Origin: an uncultured Chloroflexia bacterium | GTDB lineage: Bacteria > Chloroflexota > Dehalococcoidia > UBA2979 | DNA: 64,000 nucleotides | Reading direction: 5' to 3' | Assembly: GCA_963728205.1 (NCBI GenBank) | Contig: CAVSIV010000002.1 | Coordinates: 480,001 to 544,000, forward strand | Part shown: one piece after another, positions 9,984 to 18,770 of the stretch | Numbering within the stretch: position 1 is the stretch's first letter | Layout of the letters: every line of letters starts with the position of its first letter | The notes under the pieces: generated by a model | Told to the model about the DNA's origin: nothing | What the model saw: only the letters and a program-made list of their open reading frames with translations | The model's database searches: none | Program-made: the position numbers and the translations under genes

Positions 9984-11194
9984 CGGTGCGCTCCGTTCGC
10001 GGTGCCGGCGGTGGCGTCCGGCGACAGGATCAGCGTCGCGTGGTGGTCGAGGATGCCGCCCTGCGTGCTCACGAGGACGACGTCGTGCTGGGGTACCTGT
10101 CGGTCGCCGGCCTGGCCGCGCGCCTGGATCACGCCCTCGGAGACCGGCGTCATGCCCCACATGTAGTAGCCGGAGAGCTGGCCGCCGCCGGTGTTGGTCG
10201 GCAGCGCGCCGCCCGGACCGAGCTTCCCGTCCTGGACGAAGGCGCCGCCCTCGCCCTTCTTGCAGAAGCCGTAGTCCTCGAGCGTCACCATCGTCGTGTA
10301 CGTGTAGCAGTCGTACAGCTCGCGCACGTCGACGTCGTCGACGCCGACGCCGGCCATCGCAAACGCGGTCTCCTTCGCCTGCACGGCGCCGGTGTTGACC
10401 TCGTTCTCGAAGCCGGCACGGCGCGGGTTGCCGGGGTGCCCCTGGCCCATGCCGATCACGTAGACGGGCGGCTGCGCGAGGTCGCGCGCGCGCTCGGCGG
10501 AGGTGACGACCACCGCGATGGCGCCGTTCGTGACGAGCGTGCAGTCGAAGAGGTGGAACGGCTCCACGATCCAGCGCGAGTTGAGGTAGTCCTCGAGCGT
10601 CATCGGCTCGCGCTGCATCGCTGCCGGGTTCATCGTCGCCCACGCACGGGTCGACACGGCGACGGCGCCGAGCTGCTCCTGCGTCGTGCCGTAGAGCGAC
10701 ATGTGCCGCCGCGCGGCGAGCGCGTACTGGGTGTTCGCGGCGCCGAAGAACCCGTACGCCGCGGTGAGGCTGGCCATGCCGGTCGGCCGGCCGCCCCCTC
10801 CGCCGTACGCCGCGCCGGCGCTCACGCCCGGCCGCAGCGGCGCGTCGGCAAAGACGCACACCACCGCAGAAGCGAGCCCCGCCTGGATGGCGAGCGACGA
10901 GAACTGCACCATCTGGCCCGCGGTCGAGCCCTGGCCGTTCATGTGGTTGACCAGCCGCAAATTGCGGAAGCCGAGCTGCGACTGCAGCCCGGTGGAGATC
11001 GCGTTCGTGACGCCCGCGTTGATCAGCAGGCCGTCGATCTCGTCCTTCTGCAGGCCGGCGTCTTCGATCGCCCGGCGGATCGCCTCCGCGGCGAGCCCGG
11101 ACGCGCTCAGGGTGTAGTCGCGCGTCATCGCGGTGATGCCGAGCCCGGCGATCGCCGCTCCGCCGCTCGGGTTGAAGCTGGCGCTGTACGTCAT
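9980..11194 (-). CDS. SCP2/Ltp2-type thiolase-like protein (probable aldolase)
   Basis: NPAA, PFHLFDC, ELYDCYT, NTGGGQLS, QARG; no Cys at the usual thiolase acyl-enzyme position (NGQGST). Confidence 0.88.
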   Translation of the reverse strand: MTYSASFNPSGGAAIAGLGITAMTRDYTLSASGLAAEAIRRAIEDAGLQKDEIDGLLINAGVTNAISTGLQSQLGFRNLRLVNHMNGQGSTAGQMVQFSSLAIQAGLASAVVCVFADAPLRPGVSAGAAYGGGGGRPTGMASLTAAYGFFGAANTQYALAARRHMSLYGTTQEQLGAVAVSTRAWATMNPAAMQREPMTLEDYLNSRWIVEPFHLFDCTLVTNGAIAVVVTSAERARDLAQPPVYVIGMGQGHPGNPRRAGFENEVNTGAVQAKETAFAMAGVGVDDVDVRELYDCYTYTTMVTLEDYGFCKKGEGGAFVQDGKLGPGGALPTNTGGGQLSGYYMWGMTPVSEGVIQARGQAGDRQVPQHDVVLVSTQGGILDHHATLILSPDATAGTANGAHR

Positions 11195-11310
11195 CGGTGC
11201 CCCCTCGTCCGCCGGGCCGCGCGCCCGGTGCGCGGGGATGATAGCGCGGGAGCCCGCGGGCGCCGCTCGAACCGAATCGGTACGCTGTGCGTGAGGATCA
11301 AGGTCACGCC

Positions 11311-11463
11311 ATGTTCTGGATCCTGTTCGCGCTGATCGGCCTGAACTCCGACCGCTATCCGCGGGTCGCCGAGCACCGGCGACACGTCGTGATGACCGCC
11401 ATCGCGCTGCTCTTCCTCGTCGCCGCCGTGGCGATCTTCATCCAGGCGGCTCTCTCGAACTGA
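11311..11463 (+). CDS. 50-aa small membrane protein (not in the ORF track)
   Basis: MFWILFALIGLNSDRYPRVAEHRRHVVMTAIALLFLVAAVAIFIQAALSN*; GC-rich third positions, hydrophobic segments, upstream AAGG. Confidence 0.6.
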   Translation: MFWILFALIGLNSDRYPRVAEHRRHVVMTAIALLFLVAAVAIFIQAALSN

Positions 11464-11545
11464 GCGCCCTTCCCCCGGGCGAAGCGATATGCGACGCGTG
11501 ACATACTCCGGCACGCCGGGCGGTGGTCATCCAGGGGGTGCTTCC

Positions 11546-12409
11546 ATGTTCTTCATCAGCGTCATCAAGCAGTACGAGCGGGCCGTCGTCTTCCGGCTCG
11601 GGCGCTACGTCGGCACCCGCGGGCCGGGGCTCATCATCCTCATCCCGTTCGTCGACCGCGCCCTGCGCGTCGACATGCGCGAGCAGGTGCTCGGCGAGCC
11701 GGCGCAGTCATCGATCACGCAGGACAACGCGCTCGTCGACATCGACTACGTCGTCTACATGCGGGTGGTCGACGCCGAGGCCGCGATCATCAACGTGCAG
11801 GACTACTTCCAGGCGGTGCGCAACCTCGCCACCACGACGCTGCGCTCGGTGATCGGCGACATCACCGTCGAGCAGGTGCTGTCGCAGCGCGAGCAGATCA
11901 ACCAGGTGCTGCAATCGAAGCTGTCGGCGGAAACCGTGCGGTGGGGCGTCGAGGTGAAAGCGGTCGAGATCCGCGAGATCACGCCGCAGCACGACATCCA
12001 GCAGGCGATGACGCGCCTGCTGACGGCCGACCGCACGAAGCGCGCGCTGATCACGGAGTCGGAGGGCGATCGGCAGGCGGCGATCAACCGCGCCGAGGGG
12101 GCGAAGCAGGCCGCGATCCTCGAAGCGGAGGGCGAGCGCGAGGCGTCGATCCTGCGCGCGGAGGGCGCACGCCAGGCGGCCATCCTCAACGCCGAGGGCT
12201 ACGCGATGGGCCTCGACCGCATCTTCCAGGTCGCCGCGCGGGTCGACTCGAACACGATGGGCCTCCAGTACCTCGAGATGATGAAGCAGCTCGGCCAGGG
12301 CGCGTCGACGAAGTGGATCATCCCGATGGATCTCGCCTCGGTCGCCGGTCCGCTGGGCGAGGCACTGGGCGGCATCGGGCGGGGTGCGAACGGCTCCGGC
12401 ACGGCGTAG
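11546..12409 (+). CDS. SPFH/band-7 (stomatin-like) protein
   Basis: QYERAVVFRLGR, GPGL..LIPFVD, ITQDN, TTLRSVIG, RWGVEV..VEI, AEG repeats. Confidence 0.93.
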   Translation: MFFISVIKQYERAVVFRLGRYVGTRGPGLIILIPFVDRALRVDMREQVLGEPAQSSITQDNALVDIDYVVYMRVVDAEAAIINVQDYFQAVRNLATTTLRSVIGDITVEQVLSQREQINQVLQSKLSAETVRWGVEVKAVEIREITPQHDIQQAMTRLLTADRTKRALITESEGDRQAAINRAEGAKQAAILEAEGEREASILRAEGARQAAILNAEGYAMGLDRIFQVAARVDSNTMGLQYLEMMKQLGQGASTKWIIPMDLASVAGPLGEALGGIGRGANGSGTA

Positions 12410-12466
12410 GCCGCGTTCGCCGCGGCGAGCGGCAGGCGCAAGTCCTGCCGAGCGCTGCGCCGGATG

Positions 12467-12560
12467 ACGGCGAAGCCCACGTCAGCGCCGACGGCGACGC
12501 CCGCGCGTTCGGGTAACGGCGACGCACACGCGTTTGGTTCACGGCGACGCCCACGGCAGT
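12467..12560. repeat. Four degenerate 24-25 bp tandem repeats (core ACGGCGA(C/A)GC)
   Basis: Cores start at 12467, 12491, 12516, 12541. Confidence 0.6.
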
Positions 12561-12592
12561 CAGCATGCCCCGGGGCGCCGTGCGCGCATGGA

Positions 12593-12701
12593 CGTCACCC
12601 AAAGCGGCGGCAGATATGCCGCCGACAGGACGCGGACGCAGTCCGCGGCGGGCGCCGCGCTTCTGTCGGCATATCTGCCGCCGCTTTGACGTTCCGACGA
12701 G
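12593..12701. repeat. REP/REPIN-like inverted pair, family A, copy 1
   Basis: AAAGCGGCGGCAGATATGCCGCCGACAG, 34-bp spacer, inverted arm; lies between convergent genes. Confidence 0.88.
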
Positions 12702-12721
12702 CGCCGACGGCTGCCGCCCGC

Positions 12722-13933
12722 CTACAGCAGCCGCCCGCCCGGTTCCTCCGTGCGCGCCATGTAGCCGCGCGCGACGACGACGAACGCCGCGGTCACGAGC
12801 AGCACGAGCGTGCCCGCGACGATCGCCAGCGTGGCCGCGAGCTGGCGCAGCGTCAGCGCCGTCGAGCGCTGACCGAGGATGATGCTGAGACCGATTACGA
12901 TCGCCAGCGCCGCACCCGCCCCGAGCACGCCGCCACTGGGCACGAAGAACTCCATCGCGAACAGGACGGCCCCGACGAGGATCAGCGCGATCGCCGCCTC
13001 GCCCGGGAGCAGCGTGCCGAGCCCGAGGAACGCCAGCAGCAGCGAGATCACGCCGACCGTCCCCGGCAGGATCGTCCCCGTGAGGAAGATCTCCCCGGCG
13101 ATCCCCGCGATCCCGAGCAGCAGCAGCAGCGACACCACGAGCGGGTCGCTCACCACCTGCAGCAGCCGCTCATACGCGTTGCGGCGCAACTGCACCTGCG
13201 GCGCCGCCGCGACGTCGAGCGTCACCTTGTCGGCGTTGAGCAGCGTGACGGTCTTGCCCTGGACCGCGGCGAGCAGGTTCTCGAGCGTCGGCGCCGTGAG
13301 GTCGACGACGTGCTGGTCGACGGCCTCCTGCGGCGTCGCCGAGACGGCGTCGCGTACGGCCCGCTCGGCCCAGTCCGCGTTCCGCCCGCGCAGCTGGGCC
13401 ACGCCGCGCGCGAACGCCACGGTGTCGTTCTCGACCTTGCGTCCCTCGGTGCCGGTGATGTCGCCGCCGGTGTTCGTCACCGGCGAGGCCGCGCCGATCG
13501 TCGTGTTCGGCGCCATCGCCGCGACGTGGCCGGCCATCGCGATGAACGTTCCGGCCGACGCCGCCTCCGCGCCCGGGGGGCCGACCCAGGTGATCACCGG
13601 CACGCGCGAGCGCTCGATCCGCCCGACGATCTGCTTCATCGCGCTGATCTCGCCGCCGGGCGTGTCGATACGCAGCACGACCGCCGGCGCGGACACCTGT
13701 TCCGCCTGCGCGATCGCGCGGTCGACGTAGCGCGCCATCACGCCGTCCACCGTCCCGGTGACGGGCACGACGTAGAGCGCGCCGCGCTCCGGCGCCTGTG
13801 CGCAGCCCGCGAGCAGAAGCACCGCGATCAGCGCCGGCAGCACCCTCCGGGTCGCCTTCCGGGCCGCCCGCCGAGAGGCGTCCTCGGCCGAACGCACAGG
13901 CGTCCCGGGAGGCTCGCTCGTTCCTTCTGACAT
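12722..13933 (-). CDS. nfeD: Long-form NfeD membrane serine protease (ClpP-like plus TM domain), C-terminal OB domain absent
   Basis: Lipobox-like LLAGC, IDTPGG, AASAGTFIAMA..AMAP.TTIGAASPV, KVEND, RGRN..WA; multi-TM C-half; start uncertain. Confidence 0.88.
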   Translation of the reverse strand: MSEGTSEPPGTPVRSAEDASRRAARKATRRVLPALIAVLLLAGCAQAPERGALYVVPVTGTVDGVMARYVDRAIAQAEQVSAPAVVLRIDTPGGEISAMKQIVGRIERSRVPVITWVGPPGAEAASAGTFIAMAGHVAAMAPNTTIGAASPVTNTGGDITGTEGRKVENDTVAFARGVAQLRGRNADWAERAVRDAVSATPQEAVDQHVVDLTAPTLENLLAAVQGKTVTLLNADKVTLDVAAAPQVQLRRNAYERLLQVVSDPLVVSLLLLLGIAGIAGEIFLTGTILPGTVGVISLLLAFLGLGTLLPGEAAIALILVGAVLFAMEFFVPSGGVLGAGAALAIVIGLSIILGQRSTALTLRQLAATLAIVAGTLVLLVTAAFVVVARGYMARTEEPGGRLL

Positions 13934-14038
13934 TCGTTCACACATATCCGCAGGGTTATACTCCGCCGGAACTTCGCCCGTCCGCTTCGCGCCGCCGCCC
14001 CGGTCCGCGCGTCGAAGCCCGCGCCAGAGGGGGACTGC

Positions 14039-15673
14039 TTGCGACCGATCGCCGACGTCGCCGCCACCATGGGCCTCGCCTGGGACGACCTCGAGCCGTA
14101 CGGGCGGGACAGGGCGAAAGTCCCGCTCCACGTCTTCCCCGAATCCTCGAACCCCGCTCACCTCGTCGTCGTCACTGCCATCACCCCCACCCCGGCCGGC
14201 GAGGGCAAGACCACGACGTCGGTCGGTCTCGTCGACGGCCTCGCGAAGATCGGCAAGCGGCCGGTGCTCACGATCCGCCAGCCGTCGCTCGGCCCGCTGT
14301 TCGGCCGCAAGGGCGGCGGCACCGGCGGCGGCCGCGCCGTCGTGCAGCCGGCGAACGACATCAACCTGCACTTCAACGGCGACTTCCACGCTATCGAGTC
14401 CGCGCACAACTTCCTCGCCGCGATGGCCGACAACGGCGCCTACACCGGCGACATCGCGGGCTTCACCGGCGAGAGCATCTCGTGGCGCCGCGTCACCGAC
14501 GCCGAGGACCGCGCGCTGCGCCGCATCGTCTCCGGCGTCGGCGGCCGCGCCGACGGCCCGCTGCGCGAGACCGGCTTCGACATCTCCGCCGCCTCCGAGA
14601 TCATGGCGATCCTCGCGCTGGCGTCCGACTACGACGACCTGCGCGCGCGCCTCAGCGACATCGTGGTCGGCTGGGCGAACGACCAGCAGCCGGTGACTGC
14701 GGCCGACCTCAAGGCCGTCGGCTCGATGATGGTGCTCCTCAAGGATGCGCTGAAGCCGAACCTCGTGCAGACGAGCGAGGGCACCCCGGCGGTCGTGCAC
14801 ACCGGGCCGTTCGGGAACATCGCGCACGGCTGCTCGTCGATCGTCGCCGACCGGCTGGCACGCGCGTGCGGCGACTACGTCGTGACCGAGGCGGGCTTCG
14901 GCGCGGACCTCGGCTTCGAGAAGTTCATGGACATCAAGGTGCGACAGGGCGGCGCGAAGCCGTCGGCGGCGGTGGTCGTGGCGACCGTGCGCGGGCTGAA
15001 GTGGCACGGCGGGGTCGAGATGGACGCGATGGAGACGCCGAACGTGCAGGCCGTGCACGACGGCAGCGCGAACCTGCGCCACGCGATCTCGATCGTGAAG
15101 CGCTACGGGCTGCCCGCCGTGGTCGCGATCAACCGCTTCCCTCAGGACACGCCCGACGAGATCGCGGAGCTGAAGCGCGCGGCGCTCGAGGCCGGCGCGC
15201 TGGCGGCGGTCGAGGCGAAGGGCTTCGCCGACGGCGGCGACGGGATGACCGAGCTGGCCGAGGCCGTGGTGAGCGCGGTCGAGGGCGGCTCGGCGAACGT
15301 GCAGCTCCTCTACGACGACGGCGACCGCATCCGGAAGAAGGTCGAAACGCTGGCGTCGAAGCTGTTCATGGCGGCCGAGGTCACGTGGGGGCCGCGCACG
15401 CTGACGACGTCGCGCCGCTTCGAGCAGAACGGATGGGACTTCCCGATCTGCATCGCGAAGACGCACCTCTCGATCTCCGCGAACCCGCGCCTGCGCGGTG
15501 CGCCGGAGGGCCACATCTTTCCCGTGACGGAAATGCGCATCGCCGCCGGCGCGCGCCAGGTGATCTGCCTCGCCGGCGACATCATGACGCTGCCCGGTCT
15601 CCCCGCGACCCCGAACGCCTACGACATCGACCTCACGCCCGAGGGCGAGGTCGACGGGCTGCTCGGGACGTAG
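14039..15673 (+). CDS. fhs: Formate--tetrahydrofolate ligase
   Basis: TPTPAGEGKTT, RQPSLGP.FG.KGG, INLHFNGD, GPFGNIAHG, TEAGFGADLGFEKF, IMTLPGLP. Confidence 0.97.
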   Translation: MRPIADVAATMGLAWDDLEPYGRDRAKVPLHVFPESSNPAHLVVVTAITPTPAGEGKTTTSVGLVDGLAKIGKRPVLTIRQPSLGPLFGRKGGGTGGGRAVVQPANDINLHFNGDFHAIESAHNFLAAMADNGAYTGDIAGFTGESISWRRVTDAEDRALRRIVSGVGGRADGPLRETGFDISAASEIMAILALASDYDDLRARLSDIVVGWANDQQPVTAADLKAVGSMMVLLKDALKPNLVQTSEGTPAVVHTGPFGNIAHGCSSIVADRLARACGDYVVTEAGFGADLGFEKFMDIKVRQGGAKPSAAVVVATVRGLKWHGGVEMDAMETPNVQAVHDGSANLRHAISIVKRYGLPAVVAINRFPQDTPDEIAELKRAALEAGALAAVEAKGFADGGDGMTELAEAVVSAVEGGSANVQLLYDDGDRIRKKVETLASKLFMAAEVTWGPRTLTTSRRFEQNGWDFPICIAKTHLSISANPRLRGAPEGHIFPVTEMRIAAGARQVICLAGDIMTLPGLPATPNAYDIDLTPEGEVDGLLGT

Positions 15674-15717
15674 ACCGGGCCCCGGTCCGCGCGCGGCAGG
15701 CTTCGGCCCGCCGGTCG

Positions 15718-15748
15718 GCGCGCGGCAGGCTTCAGGCCTGCCGTGTGC
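15718..15748. repeat. Small hairpin repeat, family B (partial tandem copy at ~15689-15713)
   Basis: GCGCGCGGCAGGC-TTCAG-GCCTGCCGTGTGC; matches 4210-4241. Confidence 0.55.
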
Positions 15749-15852
15749 ATTGGCTCCCTCCGATCACGAGAGGTGGCCACTCCGGGTCTGCGAAGCCGGC
15801 CACGATCCCACGGAGTCGCCATGACCCGGTTGGGGCGCCGTCCGCGCACGAT

Positions 15853-15964
15853 CGTCACCCAAAGCGGCGGTAGATATGCCGCCGACAGCAGCGCGGCGCC
15901 AGCCGCGGACTGCGTCCGCGTCCTGTCGGCGGCATATCTGCCGCCGCTTTGACGTTCCGACGAG
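15853..15964. repeat. REP/REPIN-like inverted pair, family A, copy 2
   Basis: Same arms and flanks as 12593-12701; spacer is the reverse complement. Confidence 0.88.
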
Positions 15965-15995
15965 GGCTGAACCCTGCCGCGCCGGCCGGCGCGGT

Positions 15996-17198
15996 CTACT
16001 CCGCGACCCGGATCGCGCCCTCGTCCTGCAGCGCGGCGAGCGCCTTCGTATCCAGGCCCAGCTCCGCGGACAGCACCTCCGCCGTGTGCTCGGCGATCAG
16101 CGGCGCACGGCCCTGCGGCACGGCGCCTTCCATGCGCAGCGGGTGGCGCATCAGCTGCACCCGGCCATTCTCCGGGTGGTCGACCTCCTGGATGAAGTCG
16201 CGCGCCACCAGGTGCTCGTCGGTGAACAGGTCGTAGGTGTCGAAGACGTATGAGCACGGCACGCCGGCGCCGGCAAGGATGTGCATCACCTCCTGCTTGG
16301 TGTGCTGCGCCGTCCAGTGCGCGATCTCGCCGCGCAGCGCGTCGACGTGCTCCATGCGGAATGCGGGGTTCTCGAAGCGCGGGTCGGCGAGCAGGTCCGC
16401 GCGGTCCATCGCCGCCACCATCGCGTCGAACATGCGGGTGGTGGCGGGGAAGATGAAGACCCAGTCGTTCGGCCCGCCGCCCTTGCACCGGTACAGCCCG
16501 CCGCCCGTGCGGCCGCGCTGTGAGCCGTGGCGGAGCGCCGGAGACTTGCCCCAGTTCGCGAGGTCGAGCGTGCGCATGAACATGGTCACGGCCTCCTGCA
16601 TGGAGAGCTCGATGACCTGGCCCCTGCCGGTGCGCTGCTGCTCGACGTACGCCGCCGTGATCCCGAGCGCCGCCTGGATGCCGGTGCCGGTGTCGCCCAT
16701 CGTCGGGCCGACGATCTGCGGCGGGCCGTCGGCGTCGCCGGTCGTCGAGAACGAGCCGGCCGCGGCCTGCGCCACCCAGTCGTAGACCTTGTAGTCCTTA
16801 TAGGGGCCCGACAGGCCGAAGCCCTTGATGCGCGTGTAGATGAGGCGCGGGTTCAGCGCGCACAGGACATCCGGACCGAGGTCGAGCGCCTCGATCACGC
16901 CGGGCCCGTAGTTCTCGACGAACGCGTCGAACTTCGGCACGAGGTCGAGGAAGAGCTGCCGGCCGCGGGCGTGCTTGAGGTTGAGGACGACCGAGCGCTT
17001 GTTGCCGTTGTAGTTCATGAAGTACTGCGGGTCGCCGGGATGGCCGTCCAGGCCGCGGCCGGTATAGCGGCCGGGGTCGCCGGTCGGGCCCTCCACCTTG
17101 ACGACGTCGGCGCCGAGCCACGCGAGGTACTGCGTGCACGAGGTGCCGGCCTCGTACTGGGTCATGTCGAGAACGCGCATGCCATCGAGGGCGGGCAT
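15996..17198 (-). CDS. Family III CoA transferase (CaiB/BaiF, formyl-CoA transferase-like)
   Basis: LDGMRVLDMTQYEAGTSCTQ.LAWLGADVVKVE, NGNKRS, ENYGPG, IKGFG, GD..TG, TGRGQ. Confidence 0.92.
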   Translation of the reverse strand: MPALDGMRVLDMTQYEAGTSCTQYLAWLGADVVKVEGPTGDPGRYTGRGLDGHPGDPQYFMNYNGNKRSVVLNLKHARGRQLFLDLVPKFDAFVENYGPGVIEALDLGPDVLCALNPRLIYTRIKGFGLSGPYKDYKVYDWVAQAAAGSFSTTGDADGPPQIVGPTMGDTGTGIQAALGITAAYVEQQRTGRGQVIELSMQEAVTMFMRTLDLANWGKSPALRHGSQRGRTGGGLYRCKGGGPNDWVFIFPATTRMFDAMVAAMDRADLLADPRFENPAFRMEHVDALRGEIAHWTAQHTKQEVMHILAGAGVPCSYVFDTYDLFTDEHLVARDFIQEVDHPENGRVQLMRHPLRMEGAVPQGRAPLIAEHTAEVLSAELGLDTKALAALQDEGAIRVAE

Positions 17199-17281
17199 CG
17201 AGGGGCTCCTTTCGACGCCGGGGGCGAGGGGCCGGCCGGAACGCCCGCATGGTAGCGGACGCCGTCCCGGTGCACGTCCGC

Positions 17282-18568
17282 CTACCGCCGGTCCTGCGCG
17301 GCGAACGTCGGGCCCTCCGGCAGCTCCACGCCCATCTCGCGCGCGGTGGTGTGGTAGATGCCCACCGCCATCGTGGAGCGCTCGCGGCCGGCGCGCGCCA
17401 GGTACACGCGGCCGCGCGCGGCGCGCACCGCGGCGTCGTCCGGCGCCGCGAGGTGCGCCCAGTCCGCCAGGTGGCACGCCAGCCGGTCGTCGCCCGCGGC
17501 CGACAGCGCCTCGGCGCGCGCGGACAGCGCGCCGGCCCCGCCGGCGAGCGACGCGATCTCCTCGGCCTGCGCCTGCTCCGACGCCGGCTTGAGGTGCGAC
17601 GGCTGCCCGTCGTACCAGCCGCCGTACAGCCGCCACACGTTGCGCACGATGAACTCCGGCTCGTCGTAGACCGGCTGCAGGTACGGGCGCGCGATGAGGT
17701 GCTCCGGTGGAAGCACCTGCTGCAGCAGGTCGTCGAGCGACGCGCCCTGGTTCATGAGCGCGAGCGACTGCCGCTCCAGCGACTCCAGGTACTCCGCCGT
17801 CTCCTCGAGCGCCTGCCGCACGCGGTCGCGCCCGGCGATCGGCGGGCCGTGGCCGGGCAGCAGCAGCTCTGCCTCGCGCGCCGCCATCTCGCGCAGCGCG
17901 ACGGCCCACGCCGCGGCGTAGCGCTGCACCTTCTGCGGGTTCCCGGCGTTCGGCGCGACCCAGACGAAGAGGTCGCCGGTGCACAGCACTCCGCGCGACG
18001 GCACCCACACCCACGTCGCGTCGTCGGTCTCGCCCCGGCCGTGGCGGAGGTCGAACGTTTCGCCGCCGATCGTGACGACGAGGCGGTCGCGGTAGGTGGT
18101 GTCGGGGTACCAGTAGTCGGTCGGCCACTGCGGCGCGCCGGCGCCGCCGCGGAACTGGCGCTGGTTGATGATGCCGTTCCAGCCGACGGTCTTGCGGTAT
18201 CGCTCGAACCGCGGCGGGACGGCCTCGTGGGCGATCACGCGCGGCGGCGGCCAGCCGCGCTCGCGCGACTCGGCGGCGTAGCGGTCGGCGCCCCACACGT
18301 GATCCATGTGTCCGTGGGTGTACACCGCTGTGTGCAGCGGCCGGTCGCTGACCGCGCGCACCGCCGCGTGCTTGTCGGCGGCGTTGTTGCGCGCACCCGG
18401 GTCGACCACGACGAGGCCGTCGTCGGTGTCGAAGATCGTCGAGTTCGCGAAGCCGCTGTAGAACCACGTGCGCGGCGCGACCGCCTCGAGGCTGTTCGTC
18501 GCCCGCCACGGATGCCGCTCGTTCGCGCCGGCCCACGCTTGCTCCGCCAGGTCCATGATCTCGCCCAC
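17282..18568 (-). CDS. Alkyl/aryl sulfatase (metallo-beta-lactamase fold with dimerisation domain)
   Basis: YTHGHMDHVWG, GETDD, PNAGNPQKVQRY, PGHG, RLYGGWYDG.P. Confidence 0.9.
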   Translation of the reverse strand: MGEIMDLAEQAWAGANERHPWRATNSLEAVAPRTWFYSGFANSTIFDTDDGLVVVDPGARNNAADKHAAVRAVSDRPLHTAVYTHGHMDHVWGADRYAAESRERGWPPPRVIAHEAVPPRFERYRKTVGWNGIINQRQFRGGAGAPQWPTDYWYPDTTYRDRLVVTIGGETFDLRHGRGETDDATWVWVPSRGVLCTGDLFVWVAPNAGNPQKVQRYAAAWAVALREMAAREAELLLPGHGPPIAGRDRVRQALEETAEYLESLERQSLALMNQGASLDDLLQQVLPPEHLIARPYLQPVYDEPEFIVRNVWRLYGGWYDGQPSHLKPASEQAQAEEIASLAGGAGALSARAEALSAAGDDRLACHLADWAHLAAPDDAAVRAARGRVYLARAGRERSTMAVGIYHTTAREMGVELPEGPTFAAQDRR

Positions 18569-18770
18569 CGGTGGCCCTCCCTTCGACCGCAGCGATGGTG
18601 ATGGTAGGGGCGGAGCCGCGCGGACAGTCGTGCCGAACTCCTCACCGCCCTCGCCCGAGTCCACAAGACCGCGATATAAGCCCGTCATCCGGGGCAGTCG
18701 CTCCGTTAGATCAATGCAACACTTGCATCGGGGGCCGTTGACGATCCTGCAATCATTTCAGGGGACCACG

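Noticed and set aside
12467-12701. CRISPR array
   Set aside because: Repeats are short and degenerate, intervening sequences resemble each other, and there are no cas genes.
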